Assembly: GCA_049323295.1 (NCBI GenBank)
Contig: JBMOON010000040.1
Span: forward strand, 79,074 to 143,073
DNA length: 64,000 nt
Direction: 5' to 3'
Source: Pseudomonadota bacterium
GTDB lineage: Bacteria > Pseudomonadota > Gammaproteobacteria > Pseudomonadales > JADFDG01
The stretch's first letter is position 1. The number at the start of each line of letters is the position of its first letter. Positions 18,577 to 27,294 of the stretch are shown here, one piece after another. Under the pieces are notes generated by a model. That model did no database searches. It saw nothing but the letters and a program-made list of their open reading frames with translations, and was not told the origin of the DNA. A program made the translations under genes and the position numbers.

Positions 18577-19248
18577 ATGAGCTTTGATGTCGATGCCTTC
18601 CGTGCCCGCTACCGGGCCGGCATCAGCCGCTGGTACAACGCCTGGCTGCACGGCGGTTTCGTGTTCGCGACCGGTCTGCTGGTCATAGCCTTTTTCGTGC
18701 GCAAGCTGGACGGCCTGCAGCCGCTGGAGTGGCTGGCACTGCCGGCCGCGCTGGTGTTCTTCAGCTGGGGCGAGTACATGACGCACCGCGAGCTGGGGCA
18801 CAAGAAGCGCCGGTTCGCGGCCCTGTTCTACCAACGGCATACCGGCGACCACCATAGCTTCTTCGTCGAAGGCCGCATGCGTTACGAGACGCCGCGCGAC
18901 TGGCGGGTGATCTTCTTTCCGGCCTGGCTGATCGTCGTCTACACGCTGCTGCTGGCGCTGCCTTTCTGGTGGGTGCTGGCGCACTGGAACCCGAATGTCG
19001 CGGCGTTGTTCTCGGCGACCCTGGTCGGCGGCTACCTGATGTACGAGTTCTTCCACGCCTGCGAGCACCTGCCGCCGGAGCACCCGCTGGCGAAACTGCC
19101 GTGGATACGCCAGATGCGGCGGCACCACGAACTGCATCACCGCCGCGAGCTGATGCAGACGCGCAACTTCAATCTGGTCTTCCCGCTCGTCGACTGGCTG
19201 CTGGGGACCTGGCACCGCGAACCGGCGGAAAACAAAAAGCCCGGCTGA
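18577..19248 (+). CDS. membrane di-iron fatty-acid hydroxylase / sterol-desaturase superfamily protein
   Basis: 223-aa ORF with 3-4 TM helices and three His boxes: HRELGH, HTGDHH, HHELHH. Confidence 0.8.
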   Translation: MSFDVDAFRARYRAGISRWYNAWLHGGFVFATGLLVIAFFVRKLDGLQPLEWLALPAALVFFSWGEYMTHRELGHKKRRFAALFYQRHTGDHHSFFVEGRMRYETPRDWRVIFFPAWLIVVYTLLLALPFWWVLAHWNPNVAALFSATLVGGYLMYEFFHACEHLPPEHPLAKLPWIRQMRRHHELHHRRELMQTRNFNLVFPLVDWLLGTWHREPAENKKPG

Positions 19249-19261
19249 CGCCGGGCTTTTT
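19234..19261. terminator. bidirectional intrinsic terminator
   Basis: aaaaagcccggc-tgac-gccgggcttttt. A perfect 12-bp stem that includes the flanking A/T runs. The stop codon of the upstream gene sits in the loop. Lies between convergent genes. Confidence 0.75.
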
Positions 19262-19279
19262 GTTCGTGCGGCATGCGCG

Positions 19280-20785
19280 TCAGGACGCGTAGCGCCGCTC
19301 GGCGGCCTGGAGGGTGCGGTTCTCGACCCCGGCCGGATTGCTGAACTCCATGACGCCGTCGTCGACCTTGCCGTAGCGGATCGCCACCAGGTCCTTGGCG
19401 TAGTTCATGTACAGCTTCCACGGCGCCTTGTTGCCCTGCTTCGGCAGCTTGTCGAGCGCGCGCTGGATATAGCCGGAGCTCATCGACACGAACGGCTCGA
19501 TATTGACCGTCGGGTCGTTGTTGCGCGGCGTGCACTGGCGCATGCCGGTCCGGTCCATGTGCTTGAGCAGGCGGCAGACGTACTCGCTGGTGAGATCCGA
19601 CTTCAGCGTCCAGCTGGCGTTGGTGTAACCGAACACCATCGCGAAGTTCGGCAGGTCGCTGAACATCAGGCCCTTGTAGTTCATCGATTTCGACATTTCG
19701 AACGGCTTGCCGTCGACCGCCACTTTCATGCCGCCGAGCATCTGCATGTCGAGGCCGGTGGCGGTGATGATGATGTCGGCCTCCAGCGTCTGGCCGGACT
19801 TCAGCCGGATGCCGTCGGCGGTGAAGCGGTCGATGTGGTCGGTCACCACCGACGCCTTGCCCTTGCGCAGGGCGCGGAACAGGTCGCCGTCCGGCACCGC
19901 ACACAGGCGCTCGTCCCACGGGTTGTAGTTCGGCGTGAAGTGCTTCATGTCGAACTCGGGGCCGAGCTGCCGGCGCGCCATGCCCAGCAGCAGACGGCGC
20001 AGAACTTTCGGCCGCGCCTTCGCCAGATTGAAGACGCCCATCTGCAGCGCGATGTTGCGGGTGCGCCCCATGCGGTAGACGGCCATGTCCGGCAGGAACT
20101 TGCGCAGCGTGTTCGAGATGGCGTCCTGTTCCGGGATCGTCGCGACGTAGGTCGGCGAGCGTTGCAGCATGGTGACGTGTGCGGCCTTGTCGGTCATTGC
20201 CGGCACCAGCGTCACGGCGGTGGCGCCGGAGCCGATGATCACCACTTTCTTGCCGCTGTAGTCGAAGTCCTTCGGCCAGTGCTGCGGATGCACCACGGTG
20301 CCCTTGAAGTCTTCGCGGCCTTCGAATTTCGGCGTGTAGCCGGCGTCGTAGTTGTAGTAGCCGGTGCACGACTGCAGGAAGCTGCAGGTGAATTTCACCT
20401 TCTTGCCGGTGGCCTTCTGTTCGGCTTCCACCGTCCACAGCGCGTCGGCGCTCGACCAGGAAGCAGACAGCACCTTGTGGCCGAAGCGGATGTGGCGGTC
20501 GATGCCGTTCTCGCGGGCGGTTTCCTGCACGTATTCGCGGATGGTATGGCCGTCGGCAATGATCTTCGGGTGCGTCCAGGGCTTGAAGTTGTAGCCCAGG
20601 GTGTACATGTCGGAGTCGGAGCGAATGCCGGGATAGCGGAACAGGTCCCAGGTGCCGCCGATGGCATCGCGGTTCTCCAGGATGGCGAAGGTCTTGTCCG
20701 GGCACTGCTTCTTGAGGTGATACGCCGCGCCGATGCCGGAGATGCCGGCGCCGATGATCAGCATGTCAAAGTGGTCGGTCGACAT
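19280..20785 (-). CDS. AlmA-like flavin-binding (Baeyer-Villiger-type) monooxygenase
   Basis: GAGISGIG FAD motif, GGTWDLFRYPGIRSDS block, BVMO fingerprint FKGTVVHPQHWP, and GSGATA NADPH motif. 501 aa, like AlmA/EthA. Confidence 0.9.
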   Translation of the reverse strand: MSTDHFDMLIIGAGISGIGAAYHLKKQCPDKTFAILENRDAIGGTWDLFRYPGIRSDSDMYTLGYNFKPWTHPKIIADGHTIREYVQETARENGIDRHIRFGHKVLSASWSSADALWTVEAEQKATGKKVKFTCSFLQSCTGYYNYDAGYTPKFEGREDFKGTVVHPQHWPKDFDYSGKKVVIIGSGATAVTLVPAMTDKAAHVTMLQRSPTYVATIPEQDAISNTLRKFLPDMAVYRMGRTRNIALQMGVFNLAKARPKVLRRLLLGMARRQLGPEFDMKHFTPNYNPWDERLCAVPDGDLFRALRKGKASVVTDHIDRFTADGIRLKSGQTLEADIIITATGLDMQMLGGMKVAVDGKPFEMSKSMNYKGLMFSDLPNFAMVFGYTNASWTLKSDLTSEYVCRLLKHMDRTGMRQCTPRNNDPTVNIEPFVSMSSGYIQRALDKLPKQGNKAPWKLYMNYAKDLVAIRYGKVDDGVMEFSNPAGVENRTLQAAERRYAS

Positions 20786-20943
20786 GGGGGATACCGCTTC
20801 AGGTTCGGGGTGATCGCCGGGGGCAGGGCCAGGGCCGGCGACGGTTTGATCCTACGGGCCGGCCCCGGGCCGGCGTGAGGTGGACATCGGCCATTTACCC
20901 ATCATTTCGGGCCGCAGGGTGGCCGGGTTTGTACGTAGGCGGC

Positions 20944-21801
20944 TCAGGCGGTGGCGGGGGTCAGGGCGTCGAGGAAGGTCAGTACCGCGTCCAGGAACAC
21001 GTCGTTGCGGTCGCCGGCGACCATGTGTCCGGCGCCGCCCACGTCGGCGACCTGCGCCTGCGGGATACGGGCGCGGAATTCTTCGGTGATGTGCTCGTCG
21101 ATCACGTCGCTCTGCGCGCCGCGGACCAGCAACACCGGCTGGGCCAGTTTCTCCGCCGCGCGATACAGCCGGTCCTCGTCCTGCACTTCGTTCCGCACCC
21201 GCTGGAAGTGCGCCAGCATCTTCGGATCCCAGTGCCAGTACCAGCGACCGTCGGCGTGCCGGCGCAGGTTTTTCTTCAGGCCGCTGTTGTCGCCTTTCTG
21301 TGCGCGCTGCGGTTGATAGGCGGCCACCGCCTGCGCGGCTTCGTCCAGATCGGCGAAGCCGGCGCTGTGCGCCGCCATGAAATCGAGTATGCGGTCGACG
21401 CCGGCCGGATTCAGCCGTGGCGCAATGTCCACCAGCACCAGCGCGCGCGAGATCTCGCCGGTGTCCTGTACGTCGGCGGAGTTGGCCACCAGCGAAGAGA
21501 GGCCGCCCAGCGAGGCACCGACCAGCACGGGCTTGCGCGATTGCGCGCGCGCCAGCGCGTACACGTCGGCGGCGAAATCGAGCAGCCGGTAACCGTCGGC
21601 CCAGTCGCTGTCGCCGTGGCCGCGCATGTCGACGGTGATGGCGCGCCAGCCGCGTTCGCCGAGCACCGCTCCGCTGCGCGCCCAGGCGTGGCGGGTCTGG
21701 CCGCCGCCGTGGAAGAAGAGCACCGGGGCGCCGTCCGCGGGGCCGAACACCGAGAGTGCGAGCTTGCGGCCGTCGGGAGTGGTGAAGAATTCGTTCTGCA
21801 T
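20944..21801 (-). CDS. alpha/beta-fold hydrolase
   Basis: Only the last 285 codons of the 732-aa track ORF are credible (ATG 21799-21801, MQNEFFTTPDGRKL...). VLFFHGGGQTRHAW, GASLGG elbow, and GAGHMV distal His. Confidence 0.85.
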   Translation of the reverse strand: MQNEFFTTPDGRKLALSVFGPADGAPVLFFHGGGQTRHAWARSGAVLGERGWRAITVDMRGHGDSDWADGYRLLDFAADVYALARAQSRKPVLVGASLGGLSSLVANSADVQDTGEISRALVLVDIAPRLNPAGVDRILDFMAAHSAGFADLDEAAQAVAAYQPQRAQKGDNSGLKKNLRRHADGRWYWHWDPKMLAHFQRVRNEVQDEDRLYRAAEKLAQPVLLVRGAQSDVIDEHITEEFRARIPQAQVADVGGAGHMVAGDRNDVFLDAVLTFLDALTPATA

Positions 21802-21806
21802 GTCGT

Positions 21807-23489
21807 TCAGGCCGTGCGCGGTGTGGCGCGATGGATGATGGCGCGGCAATCGGCGCCGCGGCCGAGCGTTCCGTAGTTGTGGTGCCCGGTGCTGCCCAGA
21901 CGCGAGGCACAGAAGGCATCGGCGACATATGCCGGCGCGTGCTGTACCAGCAGCGCTGCCTGCAGGACAAGCGCCATGCGGTCGACGATGTCGCGGGCGC
22001 GGAATTCGAGGTCGGACAGGTCGGCGAATTCCTTCTGCAGTGCCTTGACGGCGGCGTCCAGCACGGCATTGCCGCCTTTGGCTTTCGTGACCTCCGCGAA
22101 ATACGCGTGCACCACCGCCGGCGTTTTCTGCATGGCGCGCAGCACGTCCAGACACTGGACGTTGCCGCTGCCTTCCCAGATGGCGTTGATCGGCGCTTCG
22201 CGGTAAAGGCGGGGCATCATCGAATCTTCCATCACGCCGCTGCCGCCGATGCACTCCATGGCCTCGTACGCATGGTTCGCCGTGCGCTTGCAGATCCAGT
22301 ACTTGCCGACTGCGGTGCCCAGGCGCACCAGCAGGTCTTCGTGTTCGTCCTGGCGGTTGTCCAGCGCGCGGCCGATGCGCATCGTCAGCGCGACGGCCGC
22401 TTCGCTTTCGATGGCCAGGTCGGCCAGCACGTTCTGCATCAGCGGCTGCTCGTTGAGCACCTTGCCGAAGGCGTGGCGGATCGAACAGTGGTGCAACGCC
22501 TGCGAGGCCGCCATGCGCAGGCCGGCACTGGAGCCGATCATGCAGTCGTAGCGCGTCATGCTGACCATCTCGATGATGGTGCGCACGCCGCGGCCCTCCT
22601 CGCCGACCAGCCAGCCGAGTGCACCGCGGAATTCGACTTCGCTGGACGCATTGGACACGTTGCCCATCTTTTTCTTCAGGCGCAGCACCTGCAGCGGGTT
22701 CTTCGTGCCGTCCGGACGCCAGCGCGGTACGAGGAAGCAGGAGAGGCCGCCCGGTGCCTGCGCGAGCACGAGGAAGAGATCGCACATCGGCGCCGACAGG
22801 AAAAACTTGTGGCCGACCAGTTCGTAGGCCTGCGCCGGTCCGCCGGTACCCACCGGATATGCGCGCGTGGTGTTGGCGCGGACGTCGGAGCCGCCCTGTT
22901 TTTCGGTCATGCCCATGCCGACGGTGAGGCCGGCCTTCTGCTCGGCCGGAATGTTGCGCGGGTCGTAAACCGGCGTGGTGATCTTCGGTTCCCAGAGGTT
23001 CGCCAGCGCCGGCGTGGTGCGCAGCGAGGGAACGGCGGCGAAGGTCATGGTGATCGGGCAGCCGTGGCCGGCCTCGACCTGGCCGTTCAGGTAGGACATC
23101 GCGGCGCGCGCGACCTGTGCGCCGGGCTGCGGATCCGTCCACGGCGAGGAATGCAGGCCGTGCTCGACCGCGGTTTTCATGAGCTCGTGATAGGCGGGGT
23201 GGTATTTCACGAGGTCGATGCGGTTGCCGAAACGGTCGTGGGTGTCGAACTCCGGCGGGAATTTGTTGGCCAGCGCTCCTAGTTCGAGGTAGCCGGCGGA
23301 GCCGGTGAGGGCGCCGAAGGAGGCGAGCCGGGCGGTGGCCCAGTCGGCGCCTTCGCGGCGGACGGCTTCCTGCAGGGCGGTGTCCTGGGTGTACATGTTG
23401 TAGTCGGTCAGTTCGCGCGAGACGTTTTCCACGTCGTGCGTGCTGGCGAGGAACATGGACTCGCGGGTGGGATTCTTCGGAGCGTTCAT
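21807..23489 (-). CDS. AidB-like acyl-CoA dehydrogenase
   Basis: Trimmed to ATG 23489 (GAGGG 9 nt upstream). About 560 aa, with the AidB-type N-terminal extension and ACAD middle and C-terminal domains (…GMTEKQGGSDV…, …IWEGSGNV…). Confidence 0.85.
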   Translation of the reverse strand: MNAPKNPTRESMFLASTHDVENVSRELTDYNMYTQDTALQEAVRREGADWATARLASFGALTGSAGYLELGALANKFPPEFDTHDRFGNRIDLVKYHPAYHELMKTAVEHGLHSSPWTDPQPGAQVARAAMSYLNGQVEAGHGCPITMTFAAVPSLRTTPALANLWEPKITTPVYDPRNIPAEQKAGLTVGMGMTEKQGGSDVRANTTRAYPVGTGGPAQAYELVGHKFFLSAPMCDLFLVLAQAPGGLSCFLVPRWRPDGTKNPLQVLRLKKKMGNVSNASSEVEFRGALGWLVGEEGRGVRTIIEMVSMTRYDCMIGSSAGLRMAASQALHHCSIRHAFGKVLNEQPLMQNVLADLAIESEAAVALTMRIGRALDNRQDEHEDLLVRLGTAVGKYWICKRTANHAYEAMECIGGSGVMEDSMMPRLYREAPINAIWEGSGNVQCLDVLRAMQKTPAVVHAYFAEVTKAKGGNAVLDAAVKALQKEFADLSDLEFRARDIVDRMALVLQAALLVQHAPAYVADAFCASRLGSTGHHNYGTLGRGADCRAIIHRATPRTA

Positions 23490-23518
23490 GGTGGAGCCCT
23501 CATGCATGTCGCCGGCTT

Positions 23519-23626
23519 CAGCGCTCCCGCGCTGACCCGTTCCGGCGACTGAGTGTCTCGTCGGGCAGACTTCGCTAGCCCTTCCCTCGACACAGGCCGC
23601 CTGCACGGGTCAGCGCGGAAGCGCTA
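23519..23626. repeat. long-range inverted repeat (21/22 nt arms, 64-nt spacer) in the desaturase/ACAD intergenic region
   Basis: Left arm cagcgctcccgcgctgacccgt (23519-23540). Right arm acgggtcagcgcggaagcgct(a) (23605-23626). Each arm also contains its own CAGCGC-N4-GCGCT(G) mini-hairpin. Confidence 0.6.
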
Positions 23627-23645
23627 CGCCGGTGCAAGGTTGTCG

Positions 23646-24671
23646 CTAGTTCTTTGCGGAAACAATTTCCAGAACTTCCAGATATCCGGGCGGTTCGGTC
23701 ACCGCGCCGCGCTCGCGCAGCAGGCGGTGCATGAGCGGCAGGCGGAAGTACGGCACCGAAGCCATGACGTGGTGTTCAATGTGGTAGTTCACGTGGATCG
23801 GCGCAACGGTCATGCGTGCCAGGAAGCCGGCGCGCGTGCTGCGGGTGTTGCGGAACATGTCCGGCGACTGTTCGGTGCAGGCGTGTTCGGCCATCGAGCG
23901 GATGCGCAGGAAGAGCGGGAACGGAGTGATGTAGCTGAGCAGCCAGCAGGCGAACAGCCAGGGATAACCGCTGAGCCAGCAGAGGCCGAAGATCACGCCG
24001 TTGGCGACCAGCATGCGCGTGCTGTTGCGCAGCAGGGTCAGCGGGTAATCGAACCAGCGGCGGCCGTCCTGCGGGAGCCATTGAATGTCGTTGGCGACGG
24101 TCCACTTGATGAGGCCGGCATCCATCATCGTGCGGCCGAGCAGGAACTTGAGGCCGGTGATGCCGACGAGGTCGCGGGCAAACTTGCGCCACAGCGAGCG
24201 GCGCGAGCAGGGCAGGCCGGTGACCAGCGAGAGGTCGGTGTCTTCCGGCTGGCCGGTCTTCGTGTGATGCACGAAGTGGTGCGCACGGTATTTCATGACG
24301 TCGTTCCAGATCGGTTTGGCGCAGACCCAGTCGGCGAAGACGTCGTTCAGCCATTTCGTCCTGAACAGCGTGGCGTGCGCAGCCTCATGCATGAGGATGG
24401 CCAGCGCGAGGTGGCGGCCTCCGAGTACGACGAAACCGAGCACGAACAGCGGGATCGCGTAGGCCAGCGCGAGTTGCGAGGCCCAGGCGAGCATCGCCAG
24501 CGTGCCGGCGATCACCGTCCAGGTGAAGGCGACGGCGGCGAAGCCCATGACATCCGAGCGTTCGGTAAGCAGTTTGATTTCGTCGCGGGTGAAGATGTCC
24601 GTCACCTTGCGGCGGGTGGCGGCGGGGACTTCCACCGGCGTGGCGGATTCGGGGATGGCGGTCATGGTCAT
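23646..24671 (-). CDS. membrane fatty-acid desaturase family protein
   Basis: Trimmed to ATG 24671 (MTMTAIPES...). His boxes HEAAH, HHFVHH and HIEHH, with TM helices between them. Confidence 0.85.
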   Translation of the reverse strand: MTMTAIPESATPVEVPAATRRKVTDIFTRDEIKLLTERSDVMGFAAVAFTWTVIAGTLAMLAWASQLALAYAIPLFVLGFVVLGGRHLALAILMHEAAHATLFRTKWLNDVFADWVCAKPIWNDVMKYRAHHFVHHTKTGQPEDTDLSLVTGLPCSRRSLWRKFARDLVGITGLKFLLGRTMMDAGLIKWTVANDIQWLPQDGRRWFDYPLTLLRNSTRMLVANGVIFGLCWLSGYPWLFACWLLSYITPFPLFLRIRSMAEHACTEQSPDMFRNTRSTRAGFLARMTVAPIHVNYHIEHHVMASVPYFRLPLMHRLLRERGAVTEPPGYLEVLEIVSAKN

Positions 24672-24676
24672 CGTTC

Positions 24677-25501
24677 TCAGTGCACGCGCGCCGTGTTGCG
24701 CGCTGTTTCGCCGCCTGCGGCCGGGCGCTGGCGGAGTTTCTGCCAGACGGTTTTGCCGGTGCGGTCGTAGCGGATCACGCTGTCGACGAAGGCGTTGCGC
24801 GCCTCGACATCCACCAGCGGTGCCGGCAGCAGGGGATCGAACACCAGCGAGCGGATCGCTTCGTTGCCCAGCAGATAGGATTCGCGGGCGGCGACCTCCG
24901 TCTCCAGCTGGTCGGCGTGCGCCATCCAGTTGTCGAGCAGTTGCCTGCCGTCGCGGTAATGCGCATTCAGTGCCTTGCCGTCCCATAGCCCGCGCGCCGC
25001 GCGTTCGCGCTTGTCGTCCAGTTCGGTGATGCGGAAAACGACGGCGCCGGTGTCCAGGCCCAGTGCATGCAGGCGCTCGCGGATGGCGTCGACGCCGCCG
25101 ACCAGATTGTCCGGGCGCAGGAAGAGCCCGCGGTCGAGTTCGCGCAGGCCGAGAATCTGGAAGGCGCGCTGGCGCGCCCGCAGCGCCACGCGGTCGCTGC
25201 GGCCCAGCGCGGCGGTGTGCACGCCGATCCAGCCGCCGTCCCAGTCGCGCACGCGCTGTGCGGCCTGGCGCCAGGCCGCCACTTCGGCGGACAGCGGCGC
25301 CGCCTTGCGGCCCAGCCGGTAGGCGCCGCGCCCGGTGGCCTGGATCAGGCCGGCGGCGGTCAGCCGGACCAGTGCCACGCGCACGCTGTTTTCGCTGATG
25401 CCGAGCACGGCCGCGCTGCTGACGGCCTCGCGGGCGGACAACGGTTCGCCTTCGGCGGCCTGCAGCAGGGCCAGGAGGAGGGTGCGGGCGTTGGTCGCCA
25501 T
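24677..25501 (-). CDS. PaaX-family transcriptional regulator
   Basis: 274-aa ORF. N-terminal winged-helix (ISENSVRVALVRLTAAGLI) and PaaX-type C-terminal domain. Its stop lies 5 nt before the desaturase start. Confidence 0.75.
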   Translation of the reverse strand: MATNARTLLLALLQAAEGEPLSAREAVSSAAVLGISENSVRVALVRLTAAGLIQATGRGAYRLGRKAAPLSAEVAAWRQAAQRVRDWDGGWIGVHTAALGRSDRVALRARQRAFQILGLRELDRGLFLRPDNLVGGVDAIRERLHALGLDTGAVVFRITELDDKRERAARGLWDGKALNAHYRDGRQLLDNWMAHADQLETEVAARESYLLGNEAIRSLVFDPLLPAPLVDVEARNAFVDSVIRYDRTGKTVWQKLRQRPAAGGETARNTARVH

Positions 25502-25506
25502 GGGTT

Positions 25507-25546
25507 CATTACGCCGGTTGGCAAGATCAGGCCAATGATCGTAATG
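25507..25546. promoter_or_regulatory. nested imperfect palindrome in the PaaX-like/crotonase divergent promoter (candidate operator)
   Basis: CATTACG-ccgg-TTGGC-aagatcag-GCCAA-tgat-CGTAATG. Locally AT-rich, and begins 6 nt from the regulator start codon. Confidence 0.4.
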
Positions 25547-25586
25547 TTACCGCTAAAGACAGATCAAGCCACAAGGTGTAATCCCG

Positions 25587-26369
25587 ATGACCGGACCCGT
25601 ACGCCTCGACCGCCGGCCACCCCTGCTGGTGGTCACCATCGACCGGCCTGCCGCCCGCAATGCGGTGGACGGCGCCACCGCCGCCGCCCTGGCTACCGCT
25701 TTTCGTGACTTCGACGCCGATCCGGCGCTGGCGGTGGCCATCCTCACCGGTGCCGGCGACCATTTCTGCGCCGGGGCCGACCTGAAGGCCGTCGCCTCCG
25801 GCGATCCGGCTCGCGTGCATCGTCTGGCGTCGGATGGCGACGGCCCGATGGGACCGTCGCGCATGCAGTTGTCGAAGCCGGTGATCGCGGCGGTGTCGGG
25901 TTATTGCGTGGCCGGCGGTCTCGAGCTCGCGTTGTGGTGCGATTTGCGTGTCGCCGACGAGAGCGCGGTGTTCGGCGTGTTCTGCCGGCGCTTCGGCGTG
26001 CCGCTGATCGACGGCGGCACGGTGCGGCTGCCGCGGGCGATCGGCATGAGCCGCGCGCTGGACATGATCCTCACCGGCCGGCCGGTGGATGCGCGCGAGG
26101 CGCTGCAGTTCGGGCTGGCCAATCGCGTGGTGGCGAAAGGTGCGGCGCTCGCAGCGGCGGAACAGCTGGCACTGCAGATCGCCGCCTTCCCGCAGGCCTG
26201 CATGCGCGGCGACCGGCGGAGCGCGTACGAACAGTGGAACCTGAACGAGGATGCCGCGCTGGCCAACGAGTTCAATCACGGGCTGCAGGCGCTGCAGTCG
26301 GGCGAGACGCTGGCCGGCGCATCGAAATTCACCGGCGGCGCCGGACGTGGCGGCAAATTCACGGAATGA
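25587..26369 (+). CDS. enoyl-CoA hydratase/isomerase (crotonase) family protein
   Basis: 260-aa ORF. ...RPAARNAVD..., FCAGADLK oxyanion motif, and ...VSGYCVAGGLELALWCD. Confidence 0.9.
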   Translation: MTGPVRLDRRPPLLVVTIDRPAARNAVDGATAAALATAFRDFDADPALAVAILTGAGDHFCAGADLKAVASGDPARVHRLASDGDGPMGPSRMQLSKPVIAAVSGYCVAGGLELALWCDLRVADESAVFGVFCRRFGVPLIDGGTVRLPRAIGMSRALDMILTGRPVDAREALQFGLANRVVAKGAALAAAEQLALQIAAFPQACMRGDRRSAYEQWNLNEDAALANEFNHGLQALQSGETLAGASKFTGGAGRGGKFTE

Positions 26370-26379
26370 GGAGGTGCAG

Positions 26380-27294
26380 ATGGACGCCCTGAAGACCATG
26401 ACCTATGAGGTCACCGGGAAAATCGCCCGGATCACGCTCAACCGCCCGGCGCGCGGCAACGGCATCACCATGGACTTGCCGCGCGAGCTCGCGCAGTGCG
26501 TCGAGCGCGCCAATCTCGATCCGGCGGTGCACGTCATCGCGCTCAGCGGCAACGGCACCGGATTCTGCGGCGGTTACGATCTGGTCGAAAGCGCGGAGGG
26601 ACTCGCCATCGGCAGCGAGGATCCGTCGCGGCCGAAGGGTTCGCCGCTTGATCCGCTGGTGCAGGCGCAGAACCACATGCCCAACACCGCCTGGGACCCG
26701 GTGGTCGACTACGCCATGATGAGTCGCAACGTGAAAGGCTTCATGAGCCTGTTCCACTCGGAGAAGCCGGTGGTGTGCAAGGTGCACGGCTTCTGCGTTG
26801 CCGGCGGCACCGACATGGCGCTGTGTTCCGATCTGCTCGTCATCGCCGACGACGCCAAGATCGGCTATCCGCCGGCGCGTGTCTGGGGTTCGCCGACGAC
26901 TTCCATCTGGGCTTATCGCCTCGGTATCGAAAAAGCGAAGCGCCTGCTGTTCACCGGCGATTGCCTGAACGGCAAGGAGGCGGTGCAGTGGGGGCTGGCG
27001 ATCGAAAGCGCGCCGGCCGACCGGCTCGACGAACGTTTCGAGATCCTGCTCGGCCGCATCGCGCAGATGCCGGTCAACCAGCTGGTGATGATGAAGCTCC
27101 TGCTCAACCAGACGATGATGGCGCAGGGCCTGCACACCACGCAGATCCTCGGCACGGTGTTCGACGGCATCACGCGGCACACGAAGGAAGGCTACGCGTT
27201 CCAGCAGCAGGCGATGGCCGAAGGTTTCCGCAAGGCGGTGCGCGGGCGCGACGAGCCGTTCGGCGATGCGGGGCTTTCGACGTTCAAGGGCTGA
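26380..27294 (+). CDS. crotonase-superfamily protein (enoyl-CoA hydratase-related)
   Basis: Trimmed to ATG 26380 (GGAGG upstream). ITLNRPARGNGIT..., FCGGYDL, and VHGFCVAGGTDMALCSD. Confidence 0.85.
   Translation: MDALKTMTYEVTGKIARITLNRPARGNGITMDLPRELAQCVERANLDPAVHVIALSGNGTGFCGGYDLVESAEGLAIGSEDPSRPKGSPLDPLVQAQNHMPNTAWDPVVDYAMMSRNVKGFMSLFHSEKPVVCKVHGFCVAGGTDMALCSDLLVIADDAKIGYPPARVWGSPTTSIWAYRLGIEKAKRLLFTGDCLNGKEAVQWGLAIESAPADRLDERFEILLGRIAQMPVNQLVMMKLLLNQTMMAQGLHTTQILGTVFDGITRHTKEGYAFQQQAMAEGFRKAVRGRDEPFGDAGLSTFKG

Noticed and set aside
20944-23142. 732-aa ORF implying a large hydrolase fusion
   Set aside because: Upstream of Met at 21801 the frame overlaps the AidB-like gene in a different frame and has no domain content. 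Only the C-terminal 285 aa form the alpha/beta hydrolase.
14787-23489. Ada adaptive-response regulon (alkB plus aidB-like)
   Set aside because: The two genes are 6 kb apart in unrelated operons, and no ada or alkA is present. The AidB-like gene sits in an acyl-CoA/lipid context and is better read as an acyl-CoA dehydrogenase.
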